Assembly (NCBI GenBank): GCA_003635305.1 | Contig: PYJE01000120.1 | Span: 5,506 to 53,440 of the forward strand | DNA length: 47,935 bases | Source: Candidatus Poribacteria bacterium | Lineage (GTDB): Bacteria > Poribacteria > WGA-4E > WGA-3G | Direction: 5' to 3' | Shown: positions 6,309-14,484 of the stretch, one piece after another | Layout of the letters: each line of letters opens with the position of its first letter | How positions within the stretch are numbered: the stretch's first letter is position 1 | Program-made: the position numbers and the translations under genes | The notes under the pieces: generated by a model | What the model was told of the DNA's origin: nothing | What the model saw: only the letters and a program-made list of their open reading frames with translations | The model's database searches: none

Positions 6309-9300
6309 TTACTTCACCACCAGCATCTTCCGCGTCGCCGTGAAATCACCCGCCGTGAATGTGTAGAAATACACACCACTCGCAACGCGTTCGCCTAGCG
6401 CATTGCGGCCATCCCAATACGCCGCACGGCTGCGGATACGATAGGCACCCGCCGGTTGATACCCGACATCTAACTTCCGAACCAACTTCCCATCCGCTGC
6501 ATAGATGGATACCGACACATCCGCCGACTTTGCCAACTGATAAGGTATCCACGTCTCCGGGTTGAACGGATTCGGATAGTTTGCAAGCAGCAGCGTCTCA
6601 TCGGGAACTAGCATTGCAAGAAACTGCTCCAGTTTCGCTATACCACGGCGGAACACAGCAGAACCGGTGTTTTCCGCATGCAAGACATTCAGTGCCCACT
6701 CTACCGTTTCAAGCGTCAGCCCTGCAGGGAGCGCAACGTGTGAGGGGGCTGCCGCCGTTCCCTCACCGATGTGTGCAGCGACAAGCGCGAAGTCTTCGCC
6801 ATCAACAACCCCATCCCCATTCACATCCGTGCGAGGGTTCTCGACAGGTTTGCCCATCGCCTGTGATACGAGCGCGAGATCTGCCAGGTTTGTCACGCCA
6901 TCCTCATTCACATCCCACGCGGGAGTGCTAGCGATTTGCCCACCCACATTGATGGTAATAGTAGGCGATGTTGCCGGCATTATCGCACCGGTGGTATCAC
7001 CGAATTGGAGGTTCCTCACTCGCACGCGTGTTTCACCGACTGCCTTCACCCGGAACGTCACCGACACCAACCTGCCGGTGCCAGTGACACCGCCTGCCGT
7101 GAGCCGCGTGCCACTGAGCCCGGTAATCGTGCCGGCCTGGTTGTCAACCGTGCCTTTCCGGAAGAAGGTGCTTGCGCCGCCAGTTTTCAGGAGGCTGCCT
7201 TCGCTGACCTGCGTGGCCCTGAGAGCGGCAGGATCGAATTTCAAATCGAATGCCCACCCAGCTAAACCGGCAACCTCTTCTGCACTGAGATACAGCGTAA
7301 AGGACTGCCCTACCGAAACGCGCGCGGCATCTGGAGAGAAGGCGAGTCTGGTGCCGGCGGGTATGACAGTATATTCCGTGTCCTCTTCAAAGCCAAAGAA
7401 GCCGCTCCAGCCGCCACCGTGCTCGTAAACGGCGACTAACAAGAGGTTTCTCCCCTGTTTCAGGGTAACGGGGGAATGACTTTGGTAATCGTCTGCCCCT
7501 CTGTATACGTGTTCTTCGTGGACTAACTCGCCGTTGAGCCAAACTTTGACAGCATCATCGCTTCCAACAAGCACTTGCGTCTGCTGCTCTCGCGGTGATT
7601 CAATGGAAATTAGGCCGTATGCAACGTGGTTGTTTATATCGCCTCTGCCAAAGCCGAGGTTGTTGGCGAGCTCGTTGATGTTATTGCCACCAGTCGCGGA
7701 AAGAGTGCCAGGTGTCCAGAACCTATCTCCGACAGCATCGCCATCTCTCGCACCGGCCGTGGCAGCCTGCTGTTCCGTTACAGTGCCGCCACTGGCTTGT
7801 GCCAGATAATCTATTCCGGAAGCAGAAGCTTCCGCAGCCCCAATTTCACCCGTTGAGACAATCATCCATAACCACGGCCCCGTGATTTTCGGACTGCCGG
7901 ATGGTAACCCAGGGTTTTCGGAGAGGAGCATGCTCGTCTTCTCGCGTAACCCTTCTAACGCCGAGAAGTCGGCTATCTCATTGTCGCGAAGGTCCAAGTG
8001 TTCCAAGTTGCGTAACCCAGCAAGTGGGGACACATCCGTGATGTCGTTGTGCCGAAGGTGCAAACGTCTCACACCTGTTAATTTCGCGAAGGACGTAAGG
8101 TCTGATATGCCGCAACGCTCAAGGGTTAGTTCTCTCAACGCCGGTAATCCTGCCAGTGGCGTGACATCCGATAGGGTCCCGCCGGTGATTCCCATCCAAT
8201 CCAGTTTACGCAATTTCGCCAAGGGCGAGAGGTCTGTGATGCGGGTGTCCCACGCTGCCAATTCGCTCAAACTGAGCATCCCTGAAAGCGGTGAGATGTC
8301 GGATACGGGGTTACCACTAATCCCTAACCCATCTAACTTCACCAAACCGGAGAGCGGGGATAGGTCCGTTATCCGATTATCCTCCAATCCTAACCACCCC
8401 ACGTTGAGTAACTTTGCCAACGGGGACACGTTGACAATCAGATTATCTCGCAACTTGATGTTCCCGAGACGGGTGAGGTTCCGGAGCGGTGTCAAGTCGC
8501 TTATTGCATTGTGGCGCAGTTCCAACCGTTCCAAATTCGTGGCTAACTCCAGTCCTGTCAAATCGCGAATGCCCTTGCGATCTGCGTGGAGTTCGGTTAA
8601 CCTGAGCATATCCTCCTGCGTGAGTTGGACATTTTGCGGTTTGCCGAGCGTCTTTTGAATTGCTGCACGCAACTGCAAGTCTGAGATATAAACCCCGGAA
8701 ACCGGCGGCGTTGTACCACCAACGGGGATGACAACGGCATCCTCGGAGAACAACGAGGCAACTATGTTCCCGAATTGCGATGTCCACGTATCCCGCTGCA
8801 CACGCCCGTTAGCAAGCAGTAGGGACTGCAGACCGACGAATCCTTGCAACTTGCCGTTCCGAATCTCCTCCTGGAACGCAGACGGTGTCAATCCTACGGA
8901 GGCTGCGGCGTGTGCGACATTCAGGGGTTCCTCAAACTGCCGATGGAAGCGTTCCACCGGCTCGATGCGGCCAAAGATACCCCCAGCGGCTTCCAATGCC
9001 TCGCGGAACCGGCGCGTATCCTCTTGAACGAGCGTATCCATCGTTGCTTTTTCGACATAGAGCCGTAACGCTTGCGCTTTGTCAAAAGGCGGATTCGCTT
9101 GCTGCTGAATGACTTCCCGCACACCATCTTGAAACGGCTTCATCCCCTCCGTATGGCAGCCGATGCAGGAGAGCCCATTACGAACCACCGGATCCCGCGC
9201 CGTCGGATTCGAGACAATGTCCACCGGTGCTTCATCCAGCCGTGTCCCTGCTGCAGTCGAAAGATAGTAGGCCTGCAACCCGTTGGGGAGATTGAAGATA

Positions 9301-10358
9301 ATCTCGCCGCCATCATGCCGAAACGAAAGCGGGTTCGTGAAGATATTCTGACTGCCAACGTTCCCTGCGAAGTCGTAAGACTTCCAATACGCACCATACC
9401 GTGAACGGTGGCGTTCTACCACGCGGTTATTCTCGGAGACGCGCGATTCATTGAACCCGGCGCGCCAGACGCGCACGCCGGGGGCACTCTGGAGATTACG
9501 AGCGACATCCACTTCAAGCCGCGTTTCTAACTCCCTGTCGGTCTGGGGCAAATCGAGGATATCGTGATAAAGCGGCGGCAAGGCGGCAGTGGCCAAGAAC
9601 CAATCCACGTTGATGAACGGCACCTGGCTGTCCGTTTCTTGCTGCAGCGTGGCATATGTCGCCGAACCATAATCAGAAAGGTAAGGATAGACTGCCTCCA
9701 TCTGGCCCCACGCATCGTTGAGATCCCACTCATACTTCCTGATGTCAATGTGGTAGAGCGTCTCGGCGGTGTCGATGGGCTGCGGCTTGATCACCTCAGA
9801 GCCCCAGGAAAGGCTATTAATGAGTTTCGACAGGGCGCGGCGATAGGCAGCAAGTGCGTCGTCGGTTTCCCCGGCGTTATAGAGATGCGTCAGCGTAAAG
9901 TAGCGTGCAAAGGGCCGGTTGAACGTTGAGAGAGAATTCAGGTGCTGCGCAATTGCGGCGAGCATCGCATCGGGTGTGATGAAGTCACGTTCAGTCGGTG
10001 TGACATCCCAATTCGGCGCGCCTGCTTCAATCCAGCGGCGCACTATCTGAATCTCCTCTGGCGTGAGCGGGTCTCGGCCCAACGGCATTCTTTGGTGGAC
10101 AGGGAGATTCGGTAGCAACCGCTGATAAAATTGGGATGCGTTTGGATTTCCGGGGACAACTGCCTCGGATGCAATCAACGCCGGGTGCTGAATCAAGAGA
10201 ATTTCGGCGAAGGCGCGGTTTTCGCCGTGGCAGCTTTCGCAGTGCTGTTCAACGATAGCACGCGCTTGTTGCGCGAGGTTCTGTTGCGCCGGCGCGCTTC
10301 CAACACCGAGCGCGATGAATGTCAAAATCGTTAGCGTCCAATAGTTGAAGTATTTCAT
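6309..10358 (-). CDS. 1349-aa secreted mosaic surface protein: cytochrome-c-like N-terminal domain, a second CxxCH region, LRRs, a jelly-roll domain, a cohesin-like domain, a dockerin and a T9SS-type C-terminal sorting domain
   Basis: A signal peptide is present. CESCH is at aa 40-44 (nt 10227-10241) in a PSCyt1-like context, and CIGCH is at aa 398-402 (nt 9153-9167). The LRRs span about aa 585-815 (LxxLxLxxNxIxDxSPL). The jelly-roll has GSDDAVKVWLNGELV...GWSGFFGFE (about aa 825-1000). The cohesin-like segment FDLKFDPAAL spans about aa 1003-1140. The dockerin is DVNEDGVTNLADL...DVNGDGVVDGEDF (aa 1147-1198). The sorting domain is NYPNPFNPETWIPY...GVYFYTF...KMLVVK. Confidence 0.8.
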   Translation of the reverse strand: MKYFNYWTLTILTFIALGVGSAPAQQNLAQQARAIVEQHCESCHGENRAFAEILLIQHPALIASEAVVPGNPNASQFYQRLLPNLPVHQRMPLGRDPLTPEEIQIVRRWIEAGAPNWDVTPTERDFITPDAMLAAIAQHLNSLSTFNRPFARYFTLTHLYNAGETDDALAAYRRALSKLINSLSWGSEVIKPQPIDTAETLYHIDIRKYEWDLNDAWGQMEAVYPYLSDYGSATYATLQQETDSQVPFINVDWFLATAALPPLYHDILDLPQTDRELETRLEVDVARNLQSAPGVRVWRAGFNESRVSENNRVVERHRSRYGAYWKSYDFAGNVGSQNIFTNPLSFRHDGGEIIFNLPNGLQAYYLSTAAGTRLDEAPVDIVSNPTARDPVVRNGLSCIGCHTEGMKPFQDGVREVIQQQANPPFDKAQALRLYVEKATMDTLVQEDTRRFREALEAAGGIFGRIEPVERFHRQFEEPLNVAHAAASVGLTPSAFQEEIRNGKLQGFVGLQSLLLANGRVQRDTWTSQFGNIVASLFSEDAVVIPVGGTTPPVSGVYISDLQLRAAIQKTLGKPQNVQLTQEDMLRLTELHADRKGIRDLTGLELATNLERLELRHNAISDLTPLRNLTRLGNIKLRDNLIVNVSPLAKLLNVGWLGLEDNRITDLSPLSGLVKLDGLGISGNPVSDISPLSGMLSLSELAAWDTRITDLSPLAKLRKLDWMGITGGTLSDVTPLAGLPALRELTLERCGISDLTSFAKLTGVRRLHLRHNDITDVSPLAGLRNLEHLDLRDNEIADFSALEGLREKTSMLLSENPGLPSGSPKITGPWLWMIVSTGEIGAAEASASGIDYLAQASGGTVTEQQAATAGARDGDAVGDRFWTPGTLSATGGNNINELANNLGFGRGDINNHVAYGLISIESPREQQTQVLVGSDDAVKVWLNGELVHEEHVYRGADDYQSHSPVTLKQGRNLLLVAVYEHGGGWSGFFGFEEDTEYTVIPAGTRLAFSPDAARVSVGQSFTLYLSAEEVAGLAGWAFDLKFDPAALRATQVSEGSLLKTGGASTFFRKGTVDNQAGTITGLSGTRLTAGGVTGTGRLVSVTFRVKAVGETRVRVRNLQFGDTTGAIMPATSPTITINVGGQIASTPAWDVNEDGVTNLADLALVSQAMGKPVENPRTDVNGDGVVDGEDFALVAAHIGEGTAAAPSHVALPAGLTLETVEWALNVLHAENTGSAVFRRGIAKLEQFLAMLVPDETLLLANYPNPFNPETWIPYQLAKSADVSVSIYAADGKLVRKLDVGYQPAGAYRIRSRAAYWDGRNALGERVASGVYFYTFTAGDFTATRKMLVVK

Positions 10359-10460
10359 TGAAAAGTTCCTTTTCTCATTCGTGTTAGGTAGGGCCCTAAC
10401 GAACCCTACGAGTTCAGGTTAAACGGATTTTCCTATGCTGAGGCTATAACCGTATGGGCT

Positions 10461-10525
10461 CGTAGCGCGGGGGCTTGTCTTCCGCGAGCGTGGCCCGGCG
10501 AGGGACAGGCCCTCGCCCTACGCGT
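10461..10525. repeat. Two family-A REP units, one degenerate and one canonical (GGCGAGGGACAGGCCCTCGCCCTACG)
   Basis: Direct reading. Confidence 0.7.
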
Positions 10526-10543
10526 AGATAAGTGGGTTTTGGT

Positions 10544-10741
10544 TTAGTTCTCACCTCCGGCGCGCGGATGCGATTGCCCTTGCAACCGCTCTAATTCATT
10601 GCGCAAAACGGTGACTTCGTTCCGCAACGTGCCAACCTCTTTTTGCAGTTCTGCGACGACAGCTTCCGCTTGTTCGCGGGCGCGTTGCTCACGCTCACGG
10701 CGGCGTTTTTCTCGTATATACATGATATGCTCCCACACCAA
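10544..10741 (-). pseudogene. Truncated tandem duplicate of the 3' third of the coiled-coil gene 10772..11296. It has no TM region.
   Basis: About 10544-10757 repeats about 10772-11027 almost base for base. It encodes (V)WEHIMYIREKRRREREQRAREQAEAVVAELQKEVGTLRNEVTVLRNELERLQGQSHP. The upstream copy carries two extra 21-bp REREQRA units. The fragment begins immediately after the stop codon of the full gene. Confidence 0.6.
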
Positions 10742-10771
10742 ACACGGCGCAACTCCGGACAGGATTCGGCC

Positions 10772-11296
10772 TTAGTTTTCCCTATCTTCGCGCGGGGGAT
10801 GCGATTGCCCTTGCAACCGCTCTAATTCATTGCGCAAAACGGTGACTTCGCTTCGCAACGTGCCAACCTCTTTTTGCAGTGCCGCGACGACAGCCTCCGC
10901 CTGTTCGCGTGCGCGTTGCTCGCGCTCACGGGCACGTTGCTCGCGCTCACGGGCACGTTGCTCACGCTCACGGCGGCGTTTTTCTCGTATATACATGATA
11001 TGCTCCCACACCAAACACGGCGCAATTATCGCCACGCTGAGCCCTACACCGTAATGATAGAGGTGATACCCAAGGTGCCGCATCACCGTCGATACGGCAA
11101 CTAACCACTGCACCGTCGGAAAAATCACGACAGCAATCTCACACGACACAACGATGAGTATCGTTACACAAAACGTGTAGCCAAAAGCGGCGCGCGCACG
11201 GCGTTTCCAAGACTCCGGAATTTCGCTCAGAAAATTGGAAGACGACTCGCTGTATTGTTCGGCGTTCTCTTGTTCGTTTTCTTGTTCTTCTTTCAA
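10772..11296 (-). CDS. Membrane protein with an acidic N-terminus, 3 predicted TM helices and a C-terminal Arg/Glu-rich coiled coil
   Basis: 174-aa ORF. The only available start is the TTG at 11296, directly after an in-frame stop. The tail is IREKRRREREQRAREREQRAREREQRAREQAEAVVAALQKEVGTLRSEVTVLRNELERLQ, whose 21-bp unit is repeated three times in the DNA. Confidence 0.6.
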   Translation of the reverse strand: MKEEQENEQENAEQYSESSSNFLSEIPESWKRRARAAFGYTFCVTILIVVSCEIAVVIFPTVQWLVAVSTVMRHLGYHLYHYGVGLSVAIIAPCLVWEHIMYIREKRRREREQRAREREQRAREREQRAREQAEAVVAALQKEVGTLRSEVTVLRNELERLQGQSHPPREDREN

Positions 11297-11568
11297 CTAT
11301 GATACCTTATTTCCCGCAAGAAGTCAAGTGGATAAAGTAGCAGGGCAGAGGCATTTAGTTTTAGGGTTCCGCTGCAGATCTGAAATTCTGGCAGATATAC
11401 CAAACGTTCTTGACTAGGTGGCGATCAGGCGATCGCCACCTACAGAAATTATCTGTCTGTCCCGATACCCCTCTCCTAGTAGGAGGGACATCCCTGTCCC
11501 GATACCTCCCCTGTCGAGACCGGGAGGTCTCCCCTACTGCTGCATGAGCCATGGAACTACGCAGCCAT

Positions 11569-13977
11569 CTACTTCCGGATAAGCATCTTCCGCGTCGCCG
11601 TGAAATCACCCGCGATAAGCGTATAGAAATAGATGCCGCTCGCGACTGGTTCACCGAGAGCGTTTTTGCCATCCCAATACGCCGCACGACTCCGCTCATC
11701 ATAACGACCGGATGCCTGATGTCCCAAGTCTAACGTCCGAACCAAAGTGCCATCGACAGCATAGAGCCGCAACGTCACTCGCGCCGGTTCGGATAGGTGA
11801 TAAGGTATCCACGTCTCCGGGTTAAACGGATTCGGATAGTTTGGCAGCAGCACCGTTCGTTCCGGACGCATCGCGAGGAGAAGCCGCTGGAGCACTGCTA
11901 TCCCGCGTTGGAACGCAACAGAACCGTCGTTTTCTAATCGCGCCAGAGCTATCCACGCTTCAACCGTGGCGGGAGAAAGCCCACTCTCCATTGCAACAGC
12001 ACTCGGTGCAGCAGCCGAGGCCTCATCAATGTGTTGCGCAATCAGCACCAGATCTGCGATATTGATCTTTCCATCACGGTTGACATCCGTGTGCCGGTTC
12101 ATGACTGCCGATTTCCCAAATGCTTGCCCCACAACAATCAGATCCAGCACGCTCACCTGGCCATCACGGTTCACATCCCAAGGTGGCACTTGGACGACGA
12201 TGCGCGCATCCGGCCGGTTCACCGTATATTCCGTGCCTGCCTCAAACCCAAAAAAGCCGCTGAATCCTCCATGCCCGTGGTTGTCAATAGCGACTAACAA
12301 CACGTTCGTCCCGCGTTTCAGCGCGACAGAGAAGGCATCTTGATAATCGTCAGCACCTCGGACAGTCAATGTTTGGTGCACTAACTCGCCGTTGAGCCAG
12401 ACTTTGACGGCATCATCGCTTCCCACCAACATCGTCGTTGTCTGCTCCCGTGGCGACTGCAGCGAGATGGAACCGTAAACGACATGTTCATAGATCTCGT
12501 GACCTCTCCCCCAGCCGAGGGCTGCTGTCATCTCGTTGATGTTATCATCTCCTGTCGCTGAGAGGGTATGGGCGCGCCATTTGCTACCCCCTACCGCTTT
12601 TCCTTCTGTCGCACCGAAGGTTGCTACTTTTATTTCCGTAGCGGCACCACGAGTGACTTCGGCGAGCAAATCCCGGTCATCCAGTTGGGTTGCTGGCACC
12701 AGCACCCAGAGCCAAGGGCCCTCAATTTTCGGACCTGCGGGCGGCGAACCATTGTAATTATGAACAGCGGCACCCTCATTGAAACCCGGATTGTCAGTCC
12801 ACGTGATAGGTATCCTTTCCGCTAATTCCTCTAACGGTGACATGTCAACGATGTTGTTGCTGCGAAGGTTCAGCCGTTCCAAGTTGACTAACCCTGCCAG
12901 CGGGGATACGTCCGATATCTCATTGCCAATAAGATAGAGCTCTCTCAACCCGGTTGCTCCCGCCAAGGGAGTAAGGTCTGATATCCCACCGCCACAGATA
13001 TCTATGCTTCTGAGTTGCGGTAGGTTCGCAAGGCCCGAGAGATCGTATACCGGCGTGCCCCACGAGTGATAAATTTCTAGATGGAGCAATCCTGCCAAGG
13101 GTGCCAGACTGAACCCCACATTTTCGCTTATCCAAAACCCTCTCAGGTTTTTTAGATTCGCGAGGTGCGTGATGTCAGATATCACGTTATGGCCCAAATG
13201 TAACCAGTGTAAGTTGACTAGACCGGCGAGGGGAGCAATGTCGGATATCAAATTTGAATCCAAATTCAAGTCATCTAATTCGGCTAAGCCGGCAATCGGT
13301 GTGATGTCCGATACCAAATTCTCAGGCAAACCCAATGACTGCAATCGGGTTAAACCGGCGAGCGGCGTGATGTCGGATATGGAATTGCCTTCAAGCCTGA
13401 GTTGTTCCAAGCTGCGTAAACTCGCAAGGTCGGAAATATCTAAGAGCTCGCAGTACTCCAAATCAAGCCGTTCCAAGTTGACTAACCCTGAAAGCGGTGC
13501 CAAGTCGGACACTGGATTGTGATTCAACCCAACCCCGTCCAACTTTGCCAAACGGGTGAGGGGAGATACGTCGGTTATATTGTTCTCCTCCAGCCCGAGC
13601 CACTCAACGTTGACAAGTTGCGCGAGTGGGGAGATGTCGGAGATGTTGTTGCCGCGCAGCTTGATGTTATCCAGCGCGACGAGGCTGGCAAACGGCGCGA
13701 GGTCGGATATCGCATTATGGCGCAGTTCTATCCCTTCCAGATTGACAGCGAATTCCAAACCTGTCAAGTCGCGGATGCCGCGGTCATCGGCGTGAAATTC
13801 GGTGAGCGTTGCAAGTTCCTCGCGCGTGATTTGTGCCCCTTCCTCCTTACCGAGGTGCTCGGCTAGGGCGGTGCGGAGGCTCGCGTCGCGGATGTTCACC
13901 ACTTGTGCGGTGGCGTGCAGTGTTGCGCACAGCATGAGCGCGCAGACGAAAATGAGTGTAGCGTGACGAAGTTTCAT
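11569..13977 (-). CDS. 802-aa secreted LRR + jelly-roll + dockerin protein with a T9SS-type C-terminal sorting domain. Paralog of 6309..10358 without the haem and cohesin parts.
   Basis: The ATG at 13977 is preceded by AGGAGA and followed by a signal peptide. The LRRs align almost residue for residue with the larger protein (HADDRGIRDLTGLEFAVNLEGIELRHNAISDL...). Other shared blocks are GSDDAVKVWLNGELVH, the dockerin DVNRDGQVSVLDL...DVNRDGKINIADL, and NYPNPFNPETWIPY...GIYFYTL...KMLIRK. Confidence 0.8.
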   Translation of the reverse strand: MKLRHATLIFVCALMLCATLHATAQVVNIRDASLRTALAEHLGKEEGAQITREELATLTEFHADDRGIRDLTGLEFAVNLEGIELRHNAISDLAPFASLVALDNIKLRGNNISDISPLAQLVNVEWLGLEENNITDVSPLTRLAKLDGVGLNHNPVSDLAPLSGLVNLERLDLEYCELLDISDLASLRSLEQLRLEGNSISDITPLAGLTRLQSLGLPENLVSDITPIAGLAELDDLNLDSNLISDIAPLAGLVNLHWLHLGHNVISDITHLANLKNLRGFWISENVGFSLAPLAGLLHLEIYHSWGTPVYDLSGLANLPQLRSIDICGGGISDLTPLAGATGLRELYLIGNEISDVSPLAGLVNLERLNLRSNNIVDMSPLEELAERIPITWTDNPGFNEGAAVHNYNGSPPAGPKIEGPWLWVLVPATQLDDRDLLAEVTRGAATEIKVATFGATEGKAVGGSKWRAHTLSATGDDNINEMTAALGWGRGHEIYEHVVYGSISLQSPREQTTTMLVGSDDAVKVWLNGELVHQTLTVRGADDYQDAFSVALKRGTNVLLVAIDNHGHGGFSGFFGFEAGTEYTVNRPDARIVVQVPPWDVNRDGQVSVLDLIVVGQAFGKSAVMNRHTDVNRDGKINIADLVLIAQHIDEASAAAPSAVAMESGLSPATVEAWIALARLENDGSVAFQRGIAVLQRLLLAMRPERTVLLPNYPNPFNPETWIPYHLSEPARVTLRLYAVDGTLVRTLDLGHQASGRYDERSRAAYWDGKNALGEPVASGIYFYTLIAGDFTATRKMLIRK

Positions 13978-14041
13978 TCGGTTTTATCTCCTCTGTTGTG
14001 TAAGTAATGTGTGCTTATGCCTGATTAAAAATTTCGCCGAG

Positions 14042-14191
14042 CCGGTAGGCGCGGTTTCAAACCACGCACCGGTAAGCGGGCGCGCTTACAAAGAACGCCT
14101 ACAAAGTTCAGGCCGCAGCCAACTGAACCGGTAGGCGCGGTTTCCAACCGCGCACACGTGAGCGGGCGCGCTTACAAAGCGCGCCTACCGG
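14042..14191. repeat. Two ~86-bp composite units, each a family-B palindrome (GTAGGCGCGGTTTCCAACCGCGC) plus a B'' palindrome (GGGCGCGCTTACAAAGCGCGCCTAC)
   Basis: Direct reading. Confidence 0.8.
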
Positions 14192-14308
14192 ATTCGTGCT
14201 GCGTCTGTCCTACTAATATGAGACTAATTTTACATGAATTGTGTGCAAATGTCAAGTTTTTCTCAAGAAAAATCCAATCATTAGAATCATCCGAAACCTA
14301 AATAACTC

Positions 14309-14331
14309 AGGACAAGTTAAAAACTTGTCCT
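14309..14331. promoter_or_regulatory. Perfect 10-bp inverted repeat AGGACAAGTT-AAA-AACTTGTCCT in a divergent promoter region
   Basis: Direct reading. It lies between divergent genes whose starts are at 13977 (minus strand) and 14485 (plus strand). Its function is unknown. Confidence 0.35.
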
Positions 14332-14403
14332 CACCGTAGCGCGAGGGCCTGTCCCTCGCGCACCATCCGATCCTCACCGTAGCGCGGGGGCCTGTCCCCC
14401 GCG
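14329..14403. repeat. Two 43-bp-spaced family-A units (CCTCACCGTAGCGCGAGGGCCTGTCCCTCGCG and CCTCACCGTAGCGCGGGGGCCTGTCCCCCGCG)
   Basis: Direct reading. The stems differ by compensatory changes (AGGG/CCCT versus GGGG/CCCC). Confidence 0.85.
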
Positions 14404-14448
14404 ATTGTTCATCAAACTAAATTCCTACAGAATCCAATCAAAACTACG

Positions 14449-14477
14449 TTGACAATTTGCATCATTTCGGATAAAAT
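14449..14477 (+). promoter_or_regulatory. Sigma-70-like promoter TTGACA-17 bp-TAAAAT ending 7 nt before the ATG at 14485, which implies a leaderless or near-leaderless mRNA
   Basis: TTGACA is at 14449-14454 and TAAAAT at 14472-14477. There is no Shine-Dalgarno sequence between the -10 box and the ATG. Confidence 0.45.
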
Positions 14478-14484
14478 AACTAAC

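Noticed and set aside
6667-8658. Plus-strand ORFs 6667..7428 (253 aa) and 7882..8658 (258 aa) inside the 1349-aa gene
   Set aside because: They are antisense to a frame with clear LRR, cohesin, dockerin and sorting-tail motifs. Their Ser/Pro/Arg-rich periodic sequence mirrors the LRR repeats.
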